54,888 nucleotides of DNA from a virus. Lineage: Duplodnaviria; Caudoviricetes. Shown here piece after piece: positions 18,769 to 26,567 of the stretch. The position numbers and the translations under genes are program-made. Where the stretch lies: positions 1-54,888 of the IMG/VR virus record IMGVR_UViG_3300008110_000120, one strand, 5' to 3'. Each line of letters opens with the position of its first letter. Within the stretch, counting starts at the first letter, position 1. The notes under the pieces are model-generated. The model was given only the letters and a program-made list of their open reading frames with translations. It was not told the origin of the DNA and did no database searches.

Positions 18769-20346
18769 TTAATCAACTTCCCAAATAAGAGAAGTATTAG
18801 TTGCAGTAACGTTAGATGCTTTTATTGCTAGAGAAATATTACTTCCAGGAGAAACTACAATTCTGTAACTACTCAAATCAATATTTAATGAACCACTACT
18901 AGGTATTGCATAAGATAAAATAGGAGTATTAGTAGTTTCACTTATAGTTCCATTTTCTTCTGAAACCAGTGCAATTGAATTTCCTCCTGGTTGAGTTCTA
19001 AAAATATGAGAACCTGTTGCTAAAGGAGCATCTAGAAATACAAAGACTTCAGCAGGTGCTTGCCCACTATTAAATGTCCCACTCAACCCTTTCATAATTA
19101 TTTCTCTTGAATTAAGTACTCCATTATTTGTAGTTGGGTTTTGAACAGTAATTAAATGATTTACTACGTTTGCACTTAATCCTGCAGTACTTCTAAATGT
19201 GGAACTTGGATATACATTTTGAACAATTTTACCCTCAACACCCATCATTAGGGATGCTCCACAAACAGCAGCAGTTGAAGCAATACCAACACCACTTAAA
19301 TTTGCGGCAGCATATCCAATTTTAAATGATGGATTATCTACCCAAGGAGTGGTATGTTTATTGCTATAATGGGCATGATGAAAGAAAATCATATCTCCAT
19401 TTATTGGATTTTCTATAGCATATCTTTGCTCACCTGCACCCAACCAGCGATAATTGATTTGGAATACATTTAATTTTGTTGTATCTAAAGTAACTCCAGA
19501 TGGATTTGATGTCCCACCAACACCAGTCAAATTATCAAGGTTCCAATCTTCCTGATATGTCCATTCTTCTGTAGCAACTTTACCAGATTGAATGGTTGTA
19601 AATGTTCCTACTGCTCCTGTTGTTCCTGGTATAAATTGAAAATTACCTGTCTGCGGACCAACTGAATTTGCTAAAAATATAATTGTATTATCTCTTTGGT
19701 CTGGAATGTGAGTTGCATATGAAGTACTGAATCCCAATTTTGCTGCTGTTGCCGATGTATCTGCAGAATCATTTACAAGAGATACACTATAAGAAGTTCC
19801 ATTTAAAATAACTGTTGAAATTCCGGAAGAACTTGCTGCAGTTGTAATAGTAAGTTTTCTAATTTCTGCTTTTGTTCCATACTGACGAAGAATACCAAAT
19901 TTTCCATTAGTATTAAATCCAACTTGTAGTGCAGATTCTTGACTAAAAAAACCTGCTCGTAAAGTTACTCCTACAGTAGGATTGATAAAGTGTGCAGTAA
20001 ATCTAGCAACTCCACCTTGTCCCGGTCTGTACCTTAAAAATCTCTTTGAACGAACCACACTATATCCATATGCACTTGTTCCAGTTTCTGCAACAAATAA
20101 ACTATTTCTTGTTGTTGCTATTCCACTGGTAAATGAATATGTTTGAAAACTGTTTGTTGGAAGACCATAGATTGGGTCCAACTGAACTACGGGAGTGAGT
20201 TCAGAAACTGCATATTCACCAAAAGCACCTCTACCAGTAGCACCTTCGCTTATAATATTTCCATACTGGTCAGCCTGGATATAAACCTCATGCAGGGTTC
20301 TTTCCTGATTCAAATAATCTTGTTGATTCTTATTCCATTGTGCCAT
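18769..20346 (-). CDS. Probable virion structural protein (beta-rich, RYRPGQG and YRWLGAG motifs)
   Basis: 525 aa, Ser/Thr/Gly-rich, in the late cluster between g16 and g17. Confidence 0.65.
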   Translation of the reverse strand: MAQWNKNQQDYLNQERTLHEVYIQADQYGNIISEGATGRGAFGEYAVSELTPVVQLDPIYGLPTNSFQTYSFTSGIATTRNSLFVAETGTSAYGYSVVRSKRFLRYRPGQGGVARFTAHFINPTVGVTLRAGFFSQESALQVGFNTNGKFGILRQYGTKAEIRKLTITTAASSSGISTVILNGTSYSVSLVNDSADTSATAAKLGFSTSYATHIPDQRDNTIIFLANSVGPQTGNFQFIPGTTGAVGTFTTIQSGKVATEEWTYQEDWNLDNLTGVGGTSNPSGVTLDTTKLNVFQINYRWLGAGEQRYAIENPINGDMIFFHHAHYSNKHTTPWVDNPSFKIGYAAANLSGVGIASTAAVCGASLMMGVEGKIVQNVYPSSTFRSTAGLSANVVNHLITVQNPTTNNGVLNSREIIMKGLSGTFNSGQAPAEVFVFLDAPLATGSHIFRTQPGGNSIALVSEENGTISETTNTPILSYAIPSSGSLNIDLSSYRIVVSPGSNISLAIKASNVTATNTSLIWEVD

Positions 20347-20348
20347 AA

Positions 20349-20669
20349 TTAATCAGTCCAAGTTAATCTTTCTGGTTGATATCTTTGTGAGTTTTTGATT
20401 TTTAAAGTGTTTGTGTTGTAAGAAGTTGGATAGAGTTGATGAACTATTGCTCCAGGATATTCGTCCTGAAGTTGTTCAGCGAGAGCATTCTTATCCATCA
20501 TTTTACCCTCAACTTCTAATCTATACATCTTACCTTCCCATACCACATCGGCAATGAAAGATTCTCCAACTGGTTCTGATTGATTATCTGAACCATTAAT
20601 ATAAAGATTGCCGTTAAAATCGCCTGCAATATTAACGCTTTCTGAAATAAACTGATTAAAGGATTTCAT
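20349..20669 (-). CDS. Putative head-internal protein (N-terminal MKSFNQFISE)
   Basis: 106 aa; capsid-targeting-like N-terminus. Confidence 0.7.
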   Translation of the reverse strand: MKSFNQFISESVNIAGDFNGNLYINGSDNQSEPVGESFIADVVWEGKMYRLEVEGKMMDKNALAEQLQDEYPGAIVHQLYPTSYNTNTLKIKNSQRYQPERLTWTD

Positions 20670-20670
20670 T

Positions 20671-21954
20671 TTAGTTACAGTTCCAGCGACGGAGAGCTTT
20701 GTTGATTCTTGAATCTGGATCTCTTGCAGTTTCTGCAGATGTAAGTTTGTCTTTCATCCCAGACATACGACTACAAAAGTTTTTACGACGATTTGCTCTC
20801 TTACCACTTGGATTCTTTTCAGTTACTGCAGTTTGTAATTTAGAACCAGGATTTTCGCGGCGATATGCTTTAACTGCAGCAGGACTTAGACCATCAGTTT
20901 TATCTTTGCGATTTACTGACTGCCAATCTTCGGCAAATTCTTCCCTCCAGTTTGAATATAATTTTTTCTCACCAAGAAGTTTACTGCCAATTCCTTTACT
21001 TGGTTTTAAAGATTCTGGTTTAATAATATCAACAAATTCTGCATAATGATTACCATGTGCATCCTCAATCGAAATTGATTCTGGGACACAGTTTGGAACT
21101 TCTTTATCACCTTTCATTTTTGTTGGGGGATTTCCTAGTTTTTTCCCACTCCAACACTTACTTGCGCCAACATTTTTACGTGCCTTCTCAATTCCCTCTT
21201 CTATATCAGTTTCCTCAATATTTAAAGTTTTTGGGTATCCTTTTTCGCCTGGTTTTGCCGGTCTTTCTCCACGCTTTCTTTTGGCATGAATGTTATGCCA
21301 GAGACCTTTTTCTTCTTCATCAATGGCATTTGATTCTGAAACTTTATTATCACTTGACAAATATTCAGCAGCTGTTGTGATAAAGTCAGCAGCTCTTGTT
21401 ATTTTTGATTGCACCCAAGCTGGAAGTTGCTGATCTGGTTTTTTAATAATTTCTCTTAATATTTCAATAGATTTTTCGATGGCATCTAATTCAATTTGAG
21501 CCATGTATCCTTCTTCATCTTTTATTTTTCCTGAAGCGATTTCTTTGTGATCTTCAGGAAGTAATTCCTCGTTTGCCGGATGAACTGTTGCAATATTGTA
21601 CTTCATTTGATTTAATGATAAAGGCTCTCTAGCGTACCTTTCCCACATTGTAGGTCCATATGAACAATCTTCTTGGGTTTCAAATTTTCTGCATAACCTA
21701 CAAAATTTGGTTTCACCAATTTGTTCAGTTTTTGGTGTTTTTTCTACTTTTTTTAATTTTGTATAATAATCTGGAAATTCATCAATATGTTGAAGTGCTG
21801 TAATTTTTGCAGAATTTGGATCTGTAGTATGCTCCCCTTCTACCTTTGTTCCCATTCGGACTTGCTTTTCAATAACTTTCAGGGAAACTTTATGTTTTTT
21901 GGCAAGTTCTTCTGGAGATTTATAAGATTTTACAGGGCCTTTGGGATCTCTCAT
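20671..21954 (-). CDS. Modular, basic, probable head-associated protein
   Basis: 427 aa of short modules (HIDEFPDYYT; CxxC; PAWVQSKITRAAD; GLWHNIHAKRKR; KCWSG..VPNCVP; KAYRRENPGSKL..RRKNFC..RRWNC). Confidence 0.75.
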   Translation of the reverse strand: MRDPKGPVKSYKSPEELAKKHKVSLKVIEKQVRMGTKVEGEHTTDPNSAKITALQHIDEFPDYYTKLKKVEKTPKTEQIGETKFCRLCRKFETQEDCSYGPTMWERYAREPLSLNQMKYNIATVHPANEELLPEDHKEIASGKIKDEEGYMAQIELDAIEKSIEILREIIKKPDQQLPAWVQSKITRAADFITTAAEYLSSDNKVSESNAIDEEEKGLWHNIHAKRKRGERPAKPGEKGYPKTLNIEETDIEEGIEKARKNVGASKCWSGKKLGNPPTKMKGDKEVPNCVPESISIEDAHGNHYAEFVDIIKPESLKPSKGIGSKLLGEKKLYSNWREEFAEDWQSVNRKDKTDGLSPAAVKAYRRENPGSKLQTAVTEKNPSGKRANRRKNFCSRMSGMKDKLTSAETARDPDSRINKALRRWNCN

Positions 21955-21968
21955 CTACCTATTTTAAT

Positions 21969-22388
21969 TTATTCTTTATTATTTAGAAAACCTTGTTTAA
22001 GTAATTTTGATAACTCGGAAGTTGATCCCACAAAAACCGCATTATTTGTAACGTTATTGGTTGTTTTTACAGACTGGTCTTCAACGTCTTTAACTTTTTT
22101 TTGCAGGTCTATAAGTTTATCAGTGACGTCTCCAACACTTTTTATAAGTTGACCGGCAACTTCATATGCTCTTGGAGATTCGCTTTCACCGGCAAGTTCC
22201 ATAATTCCATTAATTGCCTCTTGCCCCTTTTCTATCAGTGAGTATAAATTTGCTCTAGTATACTCATAATCTTTTTTTATATCTTGTTTTGGTTCTTGTA
22301 TTATGATACTTTCCTCACTTTTTTCTACTTTCACTATTTTACTTTCGATATTTAAAGCACTGTTAATTGATTCATAATTGTCTTTCAT
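21969..22388 (-). CDS. g16: Terminase small subunit gp16
   Basis: DYEYTRANL, SPRAYEVAGQL, FVGSTSEL. Confidence 0.93.
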   Translation of the reverse strand: MKDNYESINSALNIESKIVKVEKSEESIIIQEPKQDIKKDYEYTRANLYSLIEKGQEAINGIMELAGESESPRAYEVAGQLIKSVGDVTDKLIDLQKKVKDVEDQSVKTTNNVTNNAVFVGSTSELSKLLKQGFLNNKE

Positions 22389-22399
22389 ATTAATATCTT

Positions 22400-23200
22400 T
22401 TAAACATCAATTTGTCTAGGTGGACTATAACTTCTAGAATCTGTAAAGTCAGTTATTGTCTCATTAAATCCAAAATCATCATCAGGTCCTGCTGTAATTG
22501 GATCTGGAGTTAAAGTATATCTAACCTCACGTTTTGCATTAGCAGTATCTGTAGATGAATATACATCAACTTGAACTTTTTTAATCAACTCATCAGTAGT
22601 TGCAGAAATTGGACCGAATATATGCGTTTTAGCCATAAAATTTAATGTATATATTAAAATTCTTCTGGTCGAAAAATCACCCTCATAATCATCCTGAAAA
22701 GAAATATTTTCTAGGACAATTGGAATATCCTTTTTTTCCCCAATAGAATCTATTAAGTTAATCGTTATATTAAAAGCCGGTTGAAAAAATGGCAGTATTT
22801 GCTCAACAATTTGAAGAGCATCCTCATTCAATTTTGTCATTATATTTAATTGAAATCCAATATTATATGGAACTGGTAAAAATACTTTTTTAGATTGATT
22901 TCCATCATCTAAAACTTTAAAAGTTTGTGTTACTCCAGTTTTTCTAGACGCATCATATTGTAAAGAAGTCATCTCAAATGACATTCTTGGTAAGGTTATT
23001 TGAATTGATTTATTCAAATCCGGTTGCTGTTCAATTCTAGCAAGAAATTTTTGAGTTGGACCATATCCAAGAGGAACTTTTATGGAACTGATACTATCAC
23101 CATCACCATCTTTATGGCGAATATAAATCTCATTAAATAAATTACCGAACCCTACAACTGTTTTTTTAATTATCTCGTGATAAAAATAAGTTCCTAGCAT
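22400..23200 (-). CDS. g15: Tail sheath stabiliser/terminator gp15
   Basis: YFYHE, VPLGYGPTQKFL, LPRMSFE, PVPYN, EQILPFFQP. Confidence 0.95.
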   Translation of the reverse strand: MLGTYFYHEIIKKTVVGFGNLFNEIYIRHKDGDGDSISSIKVPLGYGPTQKFLARIEQQPDLNKSIQITLPRMSFEMTSLQYDASRKTGVTQTFKVLDDGNQSKKVFLPVPYNIGFQLNIMTKLNEDALQIVEQILPFFQPAFNITINLIDSIGEKKDIPIVLENISFQDDYEGDFSTRRILIYTLNFMAKTHIFGPISATTDELIKKVQVDVYSSTDTANAKREVRYTLTPDPITAGPDDDFGFNETITDFTDSRSYSPPRQIDV

Positions 23201-24594
23201 TAATACGACCCAAATGGATTTCTTTCAGAAAAATCTAAAATAGATAAGGCTTCTGTTTCTATTTCATCATTTTCTGAATATTTATCATAGACATCGAAGT
23301 CATTATATTTTTTAAGACTATAAACTGCAGATGAAGAAGATCCGACGATATTTTCTCCCAAAATAAAAGATTTATTTGTATCAATTCCAACAAAAGAAAC
23401 TTTTAGTATCTTATTTGCAGACATCCATGATTTAACCCTTGCCTTTGTGCCAGATTTTGATCCGATTACTATTTCATTAAACTTATAAGTTCCAAATCCA
23501 ACTATTGTTTCTGGTGGTGCAATTGTTATTATTGGTGTAAATGTATATCCAATGCCAGGATTACTAATTCTTATAGTTGCTATGCCAGAAGAAGTATTTA
23601 AAACACTCGTAAGTTTTGCTGTTATTGCAGCACCAACATTTGGCGATTGGACAGTAACGGTTGGATTTGTTGAATATCCAACCCCATTTATATTCATAAG
23701 TATAGATACAATTCCATATAGATTAGTTTCTATACTACAAGTTATTGCAGCTCCAATTCCTCCCCCACCGGATATAGTAACTTCTGGTGCTACAGTATAT
23801 CCATATCCGGGACTTATGAAAAGTATTTCTTTTATGGAATCAGAACCAGATACTGATGTTGTTATTGCAACTGCTTGCGCCGTTCCTCCCGGCACTGGCG
23901 ATTCTGTAAACGAAATTGATGGCGCACTTGAATAATCATATCCATCATTATTAATATAAATTGATCTAACATATCCAGTATTAATTACCGCAGTTGCACT
24001 AGCAGTGCTTCCAATTCCAGACAGTGACAGTGTGCTAATATATCCATGATCTTGAATAAGAGTATCTAATTCTTCTACAGATGTATCAATAACCTCATCT
24101 TCATATTCAAATAATTCACATTTTACCTCATAAACGTAAGTTTTTCCTAACTGATAAAATGGTTGTTCGTGCTCAACAAATTTAACTTCAAATAATCTTT
24201 TTCCTAAAGGAAAATAAATTAAATCTCCCTCTTTTGGTCTAGTAATTATTTCATAATCACCTTCATCACTATCTGTCAAAAATGGAGATATAAAATCTTC
24301 AAATCTTTCCCTTGAAATTATTAATGTAACCTCATCTCTTAAGCTCATTCCAAATTTTGTTAAAATATCTCCAGCCCCAGTATATCCATCATAATTTGAA
24401 ATATAAGCTTCTAATAAAAAATTATCATCAAATTTTGATGAAGTAACCTCTTTAATAATTGTCTCTTTACGAACGAATCTTCTTGGAATGTAAGTAACTT
24501 CTATTCCATATATTTTAAGTTGTTCGTTAATTAAGTCCTGTACAAGTCTCTGTTCACTAGGAGATCCTTGTTGAAAAAAGGGATTTAGTGCCAT
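23200..24594 (-). CDS. g14: Neck protein gp14 with inserted GxGY repeats
   Basis: EQRLVQDLINEQLKIYG, RPKEGDLIYFP, FVEHEQPFYQLG, FSERNPFG. Confidence 0.93.
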   Translation of the reverse strand: MALNPFFQQGSPSEQRLVQDLINEQLKIYGIEVTYIPRRFVRKETIIKEVTSSKFDDNFLLEAYISNYDGYTGAGDILTKFGMSLRDEVTLIISRERFEDFISPFLTDSDEGDYEIITRPKEGDLIYFPLGKRLFEVKFVEHEQPFYQLGKTYVYEVKCELFEYEDEVIDTSVEELDTLIQDHGYISTLSLSGIGSTASATAVINTGYVRSIYINNDGYDYSSAPSISFTESPVPGGTAQAVAITTSVSGSDSIKEILFISPGYGYTVAPEVTISGGGGIGAAITCSIETNLYGIVSILMNINGVGYSTNPTVTVQSPNVGAAITAKLTSVLNTSSGIATIRISNPGIGYTFTPIITIAPPETIVGFGTYKFNEIVIGSKSGTKARVKSWMSANKILKVSFVGIDTNKSFILGENIVGSSSSAVYSLKKYNDFDVYDKYSENDEIETEALSILDFSERNPFGSY

Positions 24595-24597
24595 TAT

Positions 24598-25437
24598 TTA
24601 CCCGATAAAATCGTAGGGAGGTAATTCATATTCTAATGTCATTCTCTGCTTAATATCTTCAAGTTCTCTTTCAGCATCTTCATACATTTGTCTACCGTTT
24701 AATTCAATTCCACCAGGTAATTTAACACCTTGAAATTTAATTAAATTTTGACCCCATTGTTTTTTAATTAATGCAGTTAAATATTTTTTCAAAAAACTAT
24801 CATTATATACCTTTGTGAAGGCATTTGGATCTAGAGCTCTATAACAATCTATAACTATAAATTTTCCTGCTCTTTCGGAAGCCCAATCAATATCAATGTA
24901 TAATCTATTTTGCCTCTTGTTAAATCTAATTTGTTTATCTGTTGTAAGTAAAAAGTCTATATCTTCCAAATAAGATTTGACCATGGCATATTGTAAAAGT
25001 TCAACCGAATTAAAATAATACAAATCATTCAAAAATAATTGATATTTAATACTAAACATTCCACCTGAAATGGAACTAGTATCAAATTTATATATTTTTT
25101 CTATACCAACTACCGAATCTGGTACTTGAATGTAATTTGAAGATTCATAAAAATTAAAGTTTTTTGTAACGCCATTAATCACACTTGATGAAGAAGTTGT
25201 TGTTATTCCAACTCCACCTGGAGAAATTCCTTTACCTCTATCAATATCTTCTTGGGTAATTTGATACTTGAGATACATTCTTTCAACGCCATCATAATGT
25301 CTTTCATAAAAATATTGAAGTGCATCATCAACTAGATCATCTACTTGATCTTCATCTACGTTTATTTCTAATACCGGAGCACCTAAACGCCTTAAACAAT
25401 AGTCTATTAGTTCTTGTCGTGAGGCTGGTTTTGACAT
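24598..25437 (-). CDS. g13: Neck protein gp13
   Basis: YCLRRLGAPVLEINVD, KKQWGQNLIKF, LPGGIELNG. Confidence 0.95.
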   Translation of the reverse strand: MSKPASRQELIDYCLRRLGAPVLEINVDEDQVDDLVDDALQYFYERHYDGVERMYLKYQITQEDIDRGKGISPGGVGITTTSSSSVINGVTKNFNFYESSNYIQVPDSVVGIEKIYKFDTSSISGGMFSIKYQLFLNDLYYFNSVELLQYAMVKSYLEDIDFLLTTDKQIRFNKRQNRLYIDIDWASERAGKFIVIDCYRALDPNAFTKVYNDSFLKKYLTALIKKQWGQNLIKFQGVKLPGGIELNGRQMYEDAERELEDIKQRMTLEYELPPYDFIG

Positions 25438-25474
25438 TTTTAATTTTGCGAAAATTCACTTTAAATCTTAAAAA

Positions 25475-25482
25475 TATTTATA
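25475..25482 (-). promoter_or_regulatory. Late promoter TATAAATA (g13)
   Basis: Exact consensus upstream of g13. Confidence 0.75.
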
Positions 25483-25488
25483 ATTTAA

Positions 25489-25812
25489 TTAATAAGATCC
25501 GCCGTCTAAATCTATATTGCAATTTCTATTCAGATCAGTATCTAAAGCATTGATAAAATCACAAGGTAATCCGGGAGAAATTGGCTCAGTCGCGGCAGCA
25601 ATTAAAACATCATCAGGGTTTACGAATTCATATAACCCCGCTGAAGCATTGAACATTAGGATATATTTATCATTTAAATTTTCAACATCTATATCCCTTA
25701 AATCATTTAATGAATTTGCAATCGAAGATGCTGATACTACCTTTACAACATTTTCGGTGCCTACTCTAGCGCGAATATTTTCGGTATTTACTCTAGCGCG
25801 AATATCGGACAT
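25489..25812 (-). CDS. Hypothetical virion protein (C-terminal LDGGSY)
   Basis: 107 aa; LNDLRDID and DGGSY motifs are typical of fibre-associated proteins; TAATG-coupled. Confidence 0.7.
   Translation of the reverse strand: MSDIRARVNTENIRARVGTENVVKVVSASSIANSLNDLRDIDVENLNDKYILMFNASAGLYEFVNPDDVLIAAATEPISPGLPCDFINALDTDLNRNCNIDLDGGSY
25751..25805. repeat. 27-bp tandem duplication encoding IRARVxTEN twice
   Basis: ACTCTAGCGCGAATAT occurs twice, 27 nt apart. Confidence 0.85.
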
Positions 25813-26153
25813 TATTTTGTTACTCCCTCTCTTACTAAAACCATCCCTTCTACTGCTCTAGATTTTTTTCCAAAAGAATCTGAAATGACAACATCATAAA
25901 CATATCTTCCTGGTTTTAATGTAGAAGTAATAGCAGTGGTTAAACCAATTCTAATTTGTCCCAGTGCTCCATTTATCACAGTTGAAGCGAAAGAAACATA
26001 ATTTGAACTAGAAGCATGTTTTCTCATTTGAGATGAGACAGTATAGCTAGTTAAGTTTAAAACATCATTAGTTGAAGTATTTTCAAGTGTAAAAACTTGA
26101 TCAAAATCTGTTCCTGCATTAATTACTAAATTACTAACGTATGCAGCGGACAT
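25812..26153 (-). CDS. Small virion structural protein (BppU-like N-terminal fold suspected)
   Basis: NLVINAGTDF...SQMRKH...LKPGRYVYDV...RAVEG pattern; late promoter at 26179-26186. Confidence 0.75.
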   Translation of the reverse strand: MSAAYVSNLVINAGTDFDQVFTLENTSTNDVLNLTSYTVSSQMRKHASSSNYVSFASTVINGALGQIRIGLTTAITSTLKPGRYVYDVVISDSFGKKSRAVEGMVLVREGVTK

Positions 26154-26178
26154 TATTAGTTACTATTAACACTAAAAA

Positions 26179-26186
26179 TATTTATA
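26179..26186 (-). promoter_or_regulatory. Late promoter TATAAATA
   Basis: Exact consensus. Confidence 0.75.
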
Positions 26187-26187
26187 T

Positions 26188-26364
26188 TTAAAGAGGATTG
26201 ATATTAATCATACACAAAACCTCTTGTTGTCTTAAATATAGTTTTAAATATAATTTGGACATTTTTTTCAATTCATCAATATTTAAACAGTCAATTAATC
26301 TTGATTGACGTTCATATTCAAAAGATTTATCTATTGTTTCTAATATAATTTCATTTAATTCCAT
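26188..26364 (-). CDS. Small helical hypothetical protein (58 aa)
   Basis: Not in ORF track. MELNEIILETIDKSFEYERQSRLIDCLNIDELKKMSKLYLKLYLRQQEVLCMININPL. Confidence 0.75.
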   Translation of the reverse strand: MELNEIILETIDKSFEYERQSRLIDCLNIDELKKMSKLYLKLYLRQQEVLCMININPL

Positions 26365-26566
26365 TTAAAACATCCCTCAATAAAGATTTAATTTCTTCAA
26401 TATCATTTTTAATTTGTTCAATTTCATCATTTTTTCTTTTTTTATCATTTCTCATTTTAACATACTGAGAATATTCAAATGTATCACAATTAACTATTGC
26501 TCCTGAATTTTTATCTCTATAAAGATTTTTATGTCCATCAACTGGAATTAGCTCTTTTTTGTCCAT
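26351..26566 (-). CDS. Conserved small protein (VDGHKNLYRD..SGAIVN, C-terminal coiled coil)
   Basis: Start chosen at ATG 26566, just after the upstream stop; usual neighbour of the VrlC-like gene. Confidence 0.8.
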   Translation of the reverse strand: MDKKELIPVDGHKNLYRDKNSGAIVNCDTFEYSQYVKMRNDKKRKNDEIEQIKNDIEEIKSLLRDVLNGIK

Positions 26567-26567
26567 T

